In this document: positions 1-13,545 of the stretch, piece after piece
How positions within the stretch are numbered: position 1 is the stretch's first letter
Layout: each line of letters starts with the position of its first letter
Origin: an uncultured Acidimicrobiia bacterium
Lineage (GTDB): Bacteria; Actinomycetota; Acidimicrobiia; Spongiisociales; UBA4744
Direction of reading: 5' to 3'
Length of the DNA: 42,127 nucleotides
Assembly: GCA_964633745.1 (NCBI GenBank)
Contig: CAZWHZ010000005.1
Location: 1 to 42,127 of the forward strand
The notes under the pieces: model-generated
What the model was told of the DNA's origin: nothing
Seen by the model: only the letters and a program-made list of their open reading frames with translations
Database searches by the model: none
Position numbers and translations under genes: made by a program

Positions 1-33
1 GTACACCTTTGTGACACCTTCGAGAAGAATCAT
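1..33 (-). CDS. ftsE: Cell division ATP-binding protein FtsE, N-terminal fragment (runs off the window start)
   Basis: ATG at 33 gives MILLEGVTKVY, a typical ABC-ATPase/FtsE N-terminus. It lies directly downstream of prfB, the usual prfB-ftsE-ftsX order. Only 11 codons are visible. Confidence 0.65.
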   Translation of the reverse strand, partial: MILLEGVTKVY

Positions 34-145
34 GGACCACTCACTTCAGCGGCGGTCCCGTCTGGGAACTGCCGGCCGTATGTTCTGCCCCGAACTCCGC
101 ACCGGGCGGTTGCAAAGGATAGCAACGGTGTGGGGACAAACTGCA

Positions 146-1262
146 TCACTGATCCCCTCGCTCCTGCCGTCCACGCCGCCAGTGCAGATAGGCGTCAACG
201 AACTCGTCCAAGTCCCCGTCGAGAACCCCCTGCACGTTGCCGACTTCGACTCCAGTGCGCAGGTCCTTGACCATCTGATACGGCTGGAGCACGTACGAGC
301 GAAGCTGACGGCCCCATGCCGCCGCTTCCTGGTCGCCCCGGATCTCGTCCAGTTCCTTCGCTCGCTCCTTGCGAGCCAACTCACCAAGGCGGGCCTTCAG
401 GATCACCATGGCCCTTGCCCTGTTCTGAAGCTGGGACCGCTCGTTCTGGCACGTCACCACCACCCCGGTGGGCAGATGTGTGATACGAACGGCCGAGTCG
501 GTGACGTTGACGTGCTGACCTCCTGCACCCTGCGAACGGTACGTCTCGACGCGGAGGTCGTCTTGATCGATCTCGACCTCCTCTTCCTCCACCTCCGGAA
601 TCACGTCGACGCCGGCGAATGAGGTGTGTCTTCGGCTGTTGGCATCAAACGGACTGATCCGCACCAGGCGGTGGACTCCCCGCTCCCCTTCGAGGATCCC
701 GTAGGCATGGTCACCCCGTACGGTCAGGGTCGCGGACTTGATACCCGCCTCGTCGCCCGGTGTTACCTCGTCGATCTCGACGCTCAGGCCCCTATCTTCC
801 AAGTAGCGCAGGTACATCCGTAGCAGCATCTCGGCCCAGTCCTGTGCGTCGACGCCGCCTGCGCCGGCGTGAACACTCATGATTGCCGGAGCCTCGTCGT
901 ACTGCTCGAAGTAGAGCGACTCGATCTCCAGTTTGCCCAGGTCACGCTCGGCAGCCCTCAGCTCCGAGAGCGCCTCTTCCGCCGCCCCCTCATCGTGCTC
1001 CTCAGCCGCGAGGTCGAGCATCACCTCGGCGTCATCGAGGGTGCTATCCAACCGCTCCACGTGCGCGATGAGACCTTCGTATCGGGCAAGCGTCCGGTTG
1101 ACCTCTGCTGCTCTCGATGCATCGGCCCATAGGTCGGGCGACGCTGCAGTCTCCCTCAGTTCCGGAAGCAGTGCTTGTTTGCCATCGAGGTCAAAGGAAC
1201 CTCCGGGCGTCGGAGAGTCGGGTGCGCAGTTCGCTCAGAAGTGATCGGGGATCGATATCCAT
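146..1262 (-). CDS. prfB: Peptide chain release factor 2, decoded by a programmed +1 frameshift (about 371 aa)
   Basis: SPF (RISPFD) and GGQ (GAGGQHVN) motifs. ATG 1262 gives 23 codons (MDIDPRSLLSELRTRLSDARRFL) ending CTT TGA C. The +1 frame from 1192 is open and in frame with the 146..1060 ORF. Confidence 0.97.
1190..1204 (-). promoter_or_regulatory. prfB autoregulatory +1 frameshift cassette GGAGG-TTC-CTT-TGA-C
   Basis: Internal SD-like GGAGG (1204-1200) 3 nt before the slippery CTT and TGA stop (1193-1191), followed by C. This is the canonical RF2 frameshift layout. Confidence 0.95.
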
Positions 1263-1277
1263 GGGCGGGAAATGGTA

Positions 1278-1403
1278 GTCGGGCTACGCCCGACGCCATG
1301 AGTTGTCGGTCATCGGTTGTCGGCAAGCCGATCGCCGTGTCGCCCCGTGGTCTTGGACCCCCGAGGTCGCGAACCGAGAACTGAGAACCGAAAACAGCGA
1401 AGC
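1278..1403. repeat. Intergenic hairpin + inverted heptamer-array element, copy 1
   Basis: Hairpin GTCGGGC-TAC-GCCCGAC (1278-1294). Left arm AGTTGTC GGTCATC GGTTGTC (1301-1321). Core 1340-1376. Right arm GCGAACC GAGAACT GAGAACC GAAAACA GCGAAGC (1369-1403), approximately the reverse complement of the left arm. Confidence 0.75.
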
Positions 1404-1408
1404 GTGGC

Positions 1409-4045
<2,637 letters not shown>

Positions 4046-4080
4046 AGCCCATTCATCTTATCCAGGGGGTGGCCTATGTC

Positions 4081-4143
4081 CTCGTACCTCAGACTCGTTG
4101 GGCTTCGAATGCCGCACCATACGCAGTTCGCACCCCGTATCTC
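4081..4143. repeat. Possible degenerate remnant of the GTAC-type heptamer element
   Basis: CTCGTACCTC (4081-4090) equals 33330-33339. TCGCACCCCGTATCTC (4128-4143) resembles the left arms at 26602-26613 and 33323-33332. No clear second arm. Confidence 0.35.
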
Positions 4144-4187
4144 CGGAACGGCCCCGAGACGCGTTCCATCACTTCGGGGTTGGCTTC

Positions 4188-5534
4188 CTAGACGGGCTGG
4201 ATGATGATGCCGACTTGCTCGAGAAGTGCTGCGGGCTCGACCCCTATCTCGCCCGGCAGCAACTGGTCGACGATCTCTCTGTCCCCGATCTCGGCCTTGA
4301 CGGGCTGAGCGAGAAGCTGATCGCCGGCCGGCCGCAGGAGCACAACATCGGGTGTCTCACCCTGATCGTCCGCCTTGGTCACCATCACGAGATCTCCGTC
4401 GGAGAGTTGAAGCAGTGAACCGGCCGGATACACACCCACCATCTCGATGAAAGCCCTCGCGAAGTCCGGGTCGTAGATCGTTCCTGCGCCGTTGAGAATC
4501 ACATGAAGAGCCCGATTCGGAGTCTCGGCCCGTCGATAGGACCGCCTCGTGGTGATTGCATCGTACGTATCGGCCGTGGCGACGAGACGGCTATAGAAGT
4601 GAAGGTTTCGGTCCTTGCGGTGGGAAGGCGGATACCCCAAACCATCGAACCGGGCGTGGTGCTCATAGGCGATCGTCGAGGCGATCTCCTGCATTGGGTT
4701 TGCGGCGGTCAGAATCGCTGCCGCCCCTTCCTGTGGGTGGAGCTTGATCTGTTTCCATTGTGCAGCATCAAGCCGGCCCGGGAACTGAAGGATCGACGAC
4801 GCAACCCGCACCTTGCCGATGTCGTGAAGCAGCGCACCCAACGCGAGCGCAGAGAGATGCTCGGTCGGAAGACCGATCATCCGCCCCATGGAGATCGTGA
4901 GAATACACACGTTGACCGAGTGTATGAACGTGTACTCGTCGTGGCTCTTCATCGTTGACAGCAGCAACGACGCCGCCGGTTGAGAGATGGTCTGCTCGAC
5001 GAGTTGTTCGACCGCCCACGCTGCCCCCGACAGGTCGAAGTGCTCGTCCCGCTCCAGTGCAGCCGCCACCCCGCGGAGCACGTCGAGAGATCGAGTGTAT
5101 GACCTGCGCACACCGCTACCTTCTCCGCTCTCCAGATCGGCGCGGGAGTACGGCGACTCGTTGAGTCGAATAGTGGCCTCGGCCGGAACGTCGCCGCTCA
5201 GGCCGGCGATGAAGGCACCGAGGTCGGCGATGTCAGCACCCGCGACCGGTGAAGTGAACGACATCGACTCGATTCCCCTGGATTGGAGCGTGCGCAAGAA
5301 GGAGCTGAGCTCGAGAGAGGCGTGTGGAAGGAGCGACTTGCCGAGGTAGATGGAATCCCCGAGCAACGAGATGACCGCCTCTCCTCCCTCGTCCGTCGAC
5401 AGTGCCTGGGTCACCACCGTGGCATCGGTGAGCGCTTCTCCCGTCGAGGGGTGTCCCATCGGGTAGAGACTCATTTGCCGTGAGAGGGCCTGGATCGATC
5501 GCAGGGCGGCTCGAGCGGTTTTCTCGGAGATCAC
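4188..5534 (-). CDS. HD-GYP domain protein (putative cyclic di-nucleotide phosphodiesterase)
   Basis: YTFIHSVNV, LLHDIGK, HHARFDGLGYP and ADTYDAITTRRSYR motifs. GTG start overlaps the upstream TGA (GTGA). Confidence 0.9.
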   Translation of the reverse strand: MISEKTARAALRSIQALSRQMSLYPMGHPSTGEALTDATVVTQALSTDEGGEAVISLLGDSIYLGKSLLPHASLELSSFLRTLQSRGIESMSFTSPVAGADIADLGAFIAGLSGDVPAEATIRLNESPYSRADLESGEGSGVRRSYTRSLDVLRGVAAALERDEHFDLSGAAWAVEQLVEQTISQPAASLLLSTMKSHDEYTFIHSVNVCILTISMGRMIGLPTEHLSALALGALLHDIGKVRVASSILQFPGRLDAAQWKQIKLHPQEGAAAILTAANPMQEIASTIAYEHHARFDGLGYPPSHRKDRNLHFYSRLVATADTYDAITTRRSYRRAETPNRALHVILNGAGTIYDPDFARAFIEMVGVYPAGSLLQLSDGDLVMVTKADDQGETPDVVLLRPAGDQLLAQPVKAEIGDREIVDQLLPGEIGVEPAALLEQVGIIIQPV

Positions 5535-7414
5535 TTCTTCGCTCCCAGCGCTTGTCGTGCGGCCTTTCGTAGCGTCCGGGCACTACCCGTGATCGCGAAA
5601 CGGCGCTTGGCGAGCTTCTCGAGGCTGCTGGTCGACGCAGGCGTTCCACGGTCGCCCAGATGGCGCAGGACATCGGCCTTCTCGTCAATCGTGAGCTTTC
5701 CACCGAGTGCGTCGATCATCATCGCCTCGGCCTCCGGTCCCGGACGGAGAGCGAGCACCCCGATGGCAGTGCGACGGACCGTCTCATGATCATCTCGAAG
5801 CCGTTCACCGATTTCAGCGACGTCGTCGGGCGCTACCATCGCCAGCCCCCGCAAGGCCTCGACGCGGACCCGATGATCGTCGTGACGAGTGAGCCGAGCC
5901 AATTCCGGCGCTACGCGATCGCTTCCAGACGTGCGCAGGACGATTGCAAGGTTACGAACCACGTACCACCTTCCGTCATCGAGCGCCGCAATGACCGGCC
6001 CAGGATCGCTTCTCGCCGCTTCGCCCAGGATTCCGATCAGTGTCTTCCTTCGAGCTCGGTCGTCCTCACCCGCCAGCAAGTCCAATCCGACACCCATGTT
6101 CAAGCTCACGAGTCGAGTCGCGAGATACCGCACGGATTCCGTATCGGCAGTCGCAAGCCGAGCGATCAACGAGTCCAACACCTCGGTGGTGCAGGAGAGG
6201 TGGAGTGCTTCCTCCACCTCTCGCACTCGCTCAGGCGGAAAGGTGGGTGAGTCGGTGACACTCCGTACCCAGAGTTCAGCCCGTCTGAACCACTCCCTCC
6301 TGATGCTCGCAACGATCTTCCCCGTCAGGAGCCGCATCAGGCGCCGGTAGCGGTCGTTGCGATCTTCGACGGCGACCAGTCCTCTGAATGTTTCGAGTGT
6401 GTGATAGAAGTACTGCCGGGGGTTAGGGAACTGTGACCGAAGCAGCGCATACGAGGACTGCTCGCCGGTCAGATCCTCGCCCTGCACCAGCCGGTCCTGT
6501 ACCCGTGCCGCGACCGTTTGCACGACACTCGCACCGCCGTCTGGCGCGTCCAGCCAGCCGAGGAGTTCATCCGGTCTGTGATCGGATTCGTCCGTCGCAA
6601 TCCGCGCGTAGTCCATCAGGAGCGCAAACCCGTGCGAGTCGAGGCGGGGTGCGAGTTTCGCGAGTTCGTGACCGGCGAACTGGTCGAGGAAGAGCCGCTC
6701 GAGTGGTTCCTCGGCCGATCGAAGGAATGGGTCGAGCACCGCGACCTGGCTCTCCTCATCGATGTTGAAGAACGCCTCGACGAACGCCTGAACGACCTGC
6801 TCCTGGGCCGATACATCCTCCTCGTCGATCAGCACGTAGGTCGAGATGAACCGTTCATGGAACAGCTCAGCAAGTTGCTGCAGGTCGCCTCCCGCTTCTT
6901 CGATCAGCGATCCGGCAAGTGCTTCGGGGTCGGCAAGGGCAGCCATGGCCTCCAGCACGCCGCCCGGTCGATCGAATACCTGTTCCTGGCCCTCGACTTT
7001 CAGGGGAACCCTCGTGACGACGGCGATGTCGGTGATCCCGTGCTCCGCGATGAGCGCGGAGAGACCCCCCTCATCCGCGACGGTTCCCTCGTCCATCGCC
7101 AGGATTCTCATGAAATTGGCAAGATCGCGATCCGGAACCGGACCGGTGACTCCGAGTGAAGCGATGTTGTGGACGTAGCACCGCTGGGCGAGCCGAGATG
7201 CCGCCTCACGAATCGACTCGACCTCGTCATCGCCATACAGAAAGAACCCCGGACCGACGTCGAGCCACGTCTCCTCATGGGCTGCTGCCTCCCGGATGGT
7301 TTCGCCGATTCGCTCGAGCGCCGGCTGCGTCTCCGGATCCGGGTACAGGTTGCAGATCGTCCAGGCGCCGGCCAGCCCCTCGACGATCGTCGCGGCGGTG
7401 TTCTGCTCGCTCAC
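5531..7414 (-). CDS. HEAT-repeat domain protein
   Basis: C-terminal HEAT-like repeats (DGRWYVVRNLAIVL, DDHRVRVEALRGL, DDHETVRRTAIGVL). Start moved to GTG 7414, just after the regulator stop. This start puts the N-terminus in register with the HD-GYP N-terminus. Confidence 0.8.
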   Translation of the reverse strand: MSEQNTAATIVEGLAGAWTICNLYPDPETQPALERIGETIREAAAHEETWLDVGPGFFLYGDDEVESIREAASRLAQRCYVHNIASLGVTGPVPDRDLANFMRILAMDEGTVADEGGLSALIAEHGITDIAVVTRVPLKVEGQEQVFDRPGGVLEAMAALADPEALAGSLIEEAGGDLQQLAELFHERFISTYVLIDEEDVSAQEQVVQAFVEAFFNIDEESQVAVLDPFLRSAEEPLERLFLDQFAGHELAKLAPRLDSHGFALLMDYARIATDESDHRPDELLGWLDAPDGGASVVQTVAARVQDRLVQGEDLTGEQSSYALLRSQFPNPRQYFYHTLETFRGLVAVEDRNDRYRRLMRLLTGKIVASIRREWFRRAELWVRSVTDSPTFPPERVREVEEALHLSCTTEVLDSLIARLATADTESVRYLATRLVSLNMGVGLDLLAGEDDRARRKTLIGILGEAARSDPGPVIAALDDGRWYVVRNLAIVLRTSGSDRVAPELARLTRHDDHRVRVEALRGLAMVAPDDVAEIGERLRDDHETVRRTAIGVLALRPGPEAEAMMIDALGGKLTIDEKADVLRHLGDRGTPASTSSLEKLAKRRFAITGSARTLRKAARQALGAKK

Positions 7415-7416
7415 GT

Positions 7417-8070
7417 CTACCTGTCGATCTGAATGAGTTCCTCTCGAAGAGCGTACAGCACAGCCTCGTTTCTCGAGTGCAATCCGAGCTTGTCGAGGAT
7501 GTTGCGTACGTGGTTCTTCACCGTGTTCTCGGAGATGTACAACCGATCCCCGATCTGCTTGCTCGTCATCCCCTCCGAGATCAGCTCCAGGACCTCGATC
7601 TCTCTGCCGGTGAGTTCCGGCTGACGACTCGAGATGACTTCCCTGTGTCGAAGGAGCGAGGCAACCGTGTCGAACAGCTTGGCCCCCATCCTCGGCGACA
7701 CGACCGCACCACCGTTCCACACCGCACGCATCGACTCCACCAGCTCAGCGAATGGTGTGTCTTTGACCACGTACCCCCTGGCGCCGGCCTTGATCGCCAC
7801 CAATAGATCCTCTTCGGATTCGCTCGATGTCAGCAGGACGATCTTGGCGCCACCCGAGGCCTCCCGCAGTGGTGTAACGACCTCGAGGCCCGACATCCCG
7901 GGCATGAGAACGTCGAGCACGACCATATCTGGATGCAGCGATCGGGCCATGGTGAGCGCCGTCATCGCGTCCCGCGCCTCACCCACGATATTGAACCCTG
8001 CGTTGCCAAGGGCTGCGGACAGCCCTGCAACGAACAGCGGCGAGTCGTCGACGACGAGAACGGAAATCAC
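7417..8070 (-). CDS. NarL/LuxR-family response regulator, no adjacent kinase
   Basis: Receiver domain with VVDD, phospho-Asp (VVLDVLMPG), Thr (LLTS) and Lys (YVVKD). LuxR HTH LTGREIEVLELISEGMTSKQIGDRLYISENTVKNHVRNILDKL. Confidence 0.95.
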   Translation of the reverse strand: MISVLVVDDSPLFVAGLSAALGNAGFNIVGEARDAMTALTMARSLHPDMVVLDVLMPGMSGLEVVTPLREASGGAKIVLLTSSESEEDLLVAIKAGARGYVVKDTPFAELVESMRAVWNGGAVVSPRMGAKLFDTVASLLRHREVISSRQPELTGREIEVLELISEGMTSKQIGDRLYISENTVKNHVRNILDKLGLHSRNEAVLYALREELIQIDR

Positions 8071-8609
8071 GCGGGCTCGATCAGTCCAAACGAGCCGTCA
8101 CGGCGACGGTAGAGCACGCTCGGCATATCGCTCTCTGCATTCTGGAAGAAGAAGAACCCGTGTCCGAGCATGTCCATCTGCAAGGCGGCCTCTTCAGGAG
8201 TCATCGGCTTCATGACAAACTGCTTCACTCTCACGATGCTGGGGTCGTTCGCCTCTTCTTCGACACCCTCACGAGCGGAATTGAGGTGTTTGTCACTCCC
8301 CTTGCGGCTTCGATCGATCAACCGCTCCTTGAGTCGGTGCAGCCTCGCCTCGAACTTGTCGATCGCCAAGTCGATCGCTGACTCCGGCGTCGGGCCGCTC
8401 GCCTCGACACGAACCGTCTGGCCTGCGGCCCTGGACGTGATCTCGGCCGTGAAGGGATCGCTGACTCTGGGGTTCTTTGCCCTCGTCACCTCGATATCCG
8501 CCGATGTGACCCCGCTGAAGAAGCGCGCGGCTCTCGAGATCTTCACGATTGCCGACTCGATCAAACGGTCTGGCAGCTGGAAGTCCTTGCTCTGCAGGTT
8601 GACGTCCAA
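8067..8609 (-). CDS. hpf: Ribosome hibernation promoting factor, long form
   Basis: N-terminal HPF/RaiA-like domain plus C-terminal KPMTPEEAALQMDMLGHGFFFF...VLYRRRDGSFGLIE. AGGAGG SD precedes the TTG start. Confidence 0.92.
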   Translation of the reverse strand: MDVNLQSKDFQLPDRLIESAIVKISRAARFFSGVTSADIEVTRAKNPRVSDPFTAEITSRAAGQTVRVEASGPTPESAIDLAIDKFEARLHRLKERLIDRSRKGSDKHLNSAREGVEEEANDPSIVRVKQFVMKPMTPEEAALQMDMLGHGFFFFQNAESDMPSVLYRRRDGSFGLIEPA

Positions 8610-8684
8610 GAATGACCTCCTGGGGTTGAGTCTCTGCGGTGCGCGATCGCGGAATTGCGATCGGCGGTGCTGCGTGTCGCAGAA

Positions 8685-9242
8685 TCACGTTCTCACTCTA
8701 CCTGCCCCGGTTGCCGCAATGGCTCTGACTGCGCGCGCCGGCTCCGATGCCGCCTGAAGCGTCTGTCCCGTCGTGACCACGTCGTCCACGAGAACGACCG
8801 GACCGTCAGTTCCCCCCCGCACTCGGAAGTGGACCGGTGATCGATCCCGACGAGCACGACCCGCATGCCGCGGAGCCCACAGCACCGGAGTAAGCACCTC
8901 CACGACGGTTGCACCGACACGTGCTGCATATGCCCGCGCAAGTTCCTTGGCTGGATCGATCCCGTAGCGCCATGCGCGGAGCGGCACACGGGGGATCGGC
9001 ACCACGATTCCACCCGGATCGGGAACCCTCCTCGCCATCGCGTCGGCCAGTGGTCCGGCGGCAGCACGAACCGCCTCGTATTTGAGGCGGCGCACGAGAA
9101 CACGTGCGGGACCCTCATGTGCGAGCGCAACATGCACCGGTAGCCGGGAACCGATCAGGCGATCGGTTCCCGGCCGGAGCTGCGATGAGCACCGCCGACA
9201 GAGTGCTGCACGAGTCGGTGCGCAACACACAAGGCAAACCAT
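8685..9242 (-). CDS. comF: ComF-family protein (zinc-ribbon + phosphoribosyltransferase-like)
   Basis: N-terminal CxxC...CxxC, LKY, VPIP and PRPP-binding VVLVDDVVTTGQTL. Conserved position upstream of hpf. Confidence 0.85.
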   Translation of the reverse strand: MVCLVCCAPTRAALCRRCSSQLRPGTDRLIGSRLPVHVALAHEGPARVLVRRLKYEAVRAAAGPLADAMARRVPDPGGIVVPIPRVPLRAWRYGIDPAKELARAYAARVGATVVEVLTPVLWAPRHAGRARRDRSPVHFRVRGGTDGPVVLVDDVVTTGQTLQAASEPARAVRAIAATGAGRVRT

Positions 9243-9312
9243 GGTGAGAACCTACGACCTGCTACCGACAGAACTATTGGCGCGACGTCACTCTCTGTGG
9301 CAACATAGTCAC

Positions 9313-11118
9313 ATGGCGGCTGGGAACGTTCATGTCGACCGGGAAACCGAGCGGCGAAGAAGACTGAGGAAGCTGGGGTATCTGCTCGCCCCATTCGCCA
9401 CCTGGATGTGGTATCGGGTCCTGACCGGTCACCCTCCGTGGCCGTCGCTTCCGAAGCTTCCCCCTGATGCCATCTTCTGGTTGCCAGGCGCCCTGATCAT
9501 CATCCTCATCGGCCTTGCCCTAATCGCACCGATGCTCGGCAACCGCAGATCGCCGCACACCGTGTACAGGCCCGATCAGATCGACGTTTCATTCGAGGAT
9601 GTCAAGGGGCTCGGGCACCTCCTCACCGAGATCCGTCACACCCTCCAGATCCTCCTCGATCATGAACAGCTCAGAGCCAGCATGGGCGGAAGCCCAAGGC
9701 GCGGTGTGCTCTTCGAGGGCCCTCCGGGCACCGGCAAGACGCACGCAGCGAAAGCACTCGCGAAAGAGGCAAACGTGCCGTTCCTGTTCGTGTCAGCAAC
9801 GGCGTTCCAGAGCATGTGGTACGGGATGACGTCGAAACGGATCCGTTCGTTTTTCCGGGCCCTGCGTAAGGCAGCCAGGGCCGAGGGTGGAGCAATCGGC
9901 TTCATCGAGGAGATCGACGCGATCGGCTTGGCTCGTCCAAACATGTCGTCATCCGTCGGCATGGCGGTCAACAGGTCGATCGCGACCGACACCGGAGGGG
10001 TCGTCAACGAGCTGCTCATCCAGATGCAGAGTTTCGATGAGCCTTCGACCCGCACCAAGATCGTGAGCTGGTTCCGAGACAGGATCAACCTCTTCCTTCC
10101 CGAACATCGTCAGCTCAAGGCGTCCCCTGCCTCCTACGCCAACGTGCTGCTCATTGGCGCCACCAACAGAGCAGACTCACTCGATCCGGCTCTGCTGCGA
10201 CCGGGTCGGTTCGATCGCGTGTTCCACTTCGACATCCCTGGACGAACCGGCCGACGCGATCTGATCGACTACTTCCTGACCCGCAAAGCACATGTTCCAG
10301 AGATGGAGCTGGAGTCGTCCCGAGACGACTTCGCAGCGGCAACGCTCGGATACACGCCGGCGTCCCTCGAACGCCTCTTCGACGAAGCGCTCCTCCTCGC
10401 TCTCCGCGAGGGACGCACCGCTTTGACCATGCGTGATCTGGATCGTGCGAGGATCGAGATGGAGTTGGGTCTCCCCGAGCCGGTCGACTACCCGCCTGAG
10501 GAGCGCGAAGCGATCGCGACGCACGAGGCCGGTCACGCAACGATCGCGTATCTGGTCGGAAAGGGTCGCCGTCTCGAGGTTCTGTCGATCATCAAACGGC
10601 GCGAGGCGCTCGGGTTCCTCGCGCATCGCCTCGTCGAGGAGCGCAGGACGCAGCGAGAGAGCGAGCTGAGGGCACTTCTCCAGATCTCGATGGGCGGCAT
10701 GGCGGCCGAGGAACTCTTCTTCGGGGATTCGAGCACGGGTCCTGCCGGCGATCTGGCGTCAGCCACCCAGCTCGCAGCGGAGATGGTGGGCTCGCTGGGA
10801 CTCGGTGGATCGCTCGTCTCCTACCGGGCACTCGACAACGGACTGCTCGGTGGGAACCTCGCGGCGCGTGTGCTCGGGGACCCGGCCGGTAGGGAGCACG
10901 TCGAGCGTCTTCTCGATCACGCCAAGCAACAGGCCATCAGACTGCTGTCACAGAACCGTCGCATCGTGGAGGCGCTGCGGGACGCGCTCATCGAACGCAA
11001 CGAGCTGATCGACCGCGAGATCATCGATGTGATCGAACGGGCGCCAGGAGACGTCGTGATCGACATCCGTCGAGGACCCACCGGCGAGACAGCCGACTCA
11101 CCGCAGAACGCGACCTGA
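9313..11118 (+). CDS. FtsH-like membrane AAA+ zinc metalloprotease (peptidase M41), atypical paralogue
   Basis: Hydrophobic N-terminal segments, Walker A GPPGTGKT, Walker B FIEEID, SRH TNRADSLDPALLRPGRFDR, zinc motif HEAGH. Start set at ATG 9313 to avoid overlapping comF. Confidence 0.88.
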   Translation: MAAGNVHVDRETERRRRLRKLGYLLAPFATWMWYRVLTGHPPWPSLPKLPPDAIFWLPGALIIILIGLALIAPMLGNRRSPHTVYRPDQIDVSFEDVKGLGHLLTEIRHTLQILLDHEQLRASMGGSPRRGVLFEGPPGTGKTHAAKALAKEANVPFLFVSATAFQSMWYGMTSKRIRSFFRALRKAARAEGGAIGFIEEIDAIGLARPNMSSSVGMAVNRSIATDTGGVVNELLIQMQSFDEPSTRTKIVSWFRDRINLFLPEHRQLKASPASYANVLLIGATNRADSLDPALLRPGRFDRVFHFDIPGRTGRRDLIDYFLTRKAHVPEMELESSRDDFAAATLGYTPASLERLFDEALLLALREGRTALTMRDLDRARIEMELGLPEPVDYPPEEREAIATHEAGHATIAYLVGKGRRLEVLSIIKRREALGFLAHRLVEERRTQRESELRALLQISMGGMAAEELFFGDSSTGPAGDLASATQLAAEMVGSLGLGGSLVSYRALDNGLLGGNLAARVLGDPAGREHVERLLDHAKQQAIRLLSQNRRIVEALRDALIERNELIDREIIDVIERAPGDVVIDIRRGPTGETADSPQNAT

Positions 11119-11159
11119 CCGAACAGCGCCCACCCGGCGACCGTCTCAGCAGTCTTCTG

Positions 11160-13386
<2,227 letters not shown>

Positions 13387-13390
<4 letters not shown>

Positions 13391-13545
13391 TCCCTGGTCG
13401 CTTCCTCGATCAACATGACTGGCACTCCGTCACGGATCGGATATCGGAGACCGCACTTCGTGCACGTAAGAGTGAGTTCTTCTTCGTCCAAGTCCCCATG
13501 GCACGCAGGGCACACCAGAATCGCCTTCAGATCCTCAGAGATCAT
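13387..13545 (-). CDS. Trm112-like small protein (52 aa)
   Basis: MISEDLKAILVCPACHGDL...CTKCGLRYPIRDGVPVMLIEEA. ATGA overlap with the manB stop. Confidence 0.9.

Noticed and set aside
129-139. TGTGGGGACAA resembling an actinobacterial DnaA box (TGTGGACAA)
   Set aside because: It has two extra G residues, is a single copy and has no oriC context.
146-1262. prfB as a pseudogene
   Set aside because: The break is exactly the canonical SD-CTT-TGA-C programmed frameshift and both catalytic motifs are intact.
8610-8684. CGATCGC-N6-GCGATCG stem upstream of hpf as a regulatory RNA
   Set aside because: It is a short GC-rich stem made of common palindromic words, with no comparative support.
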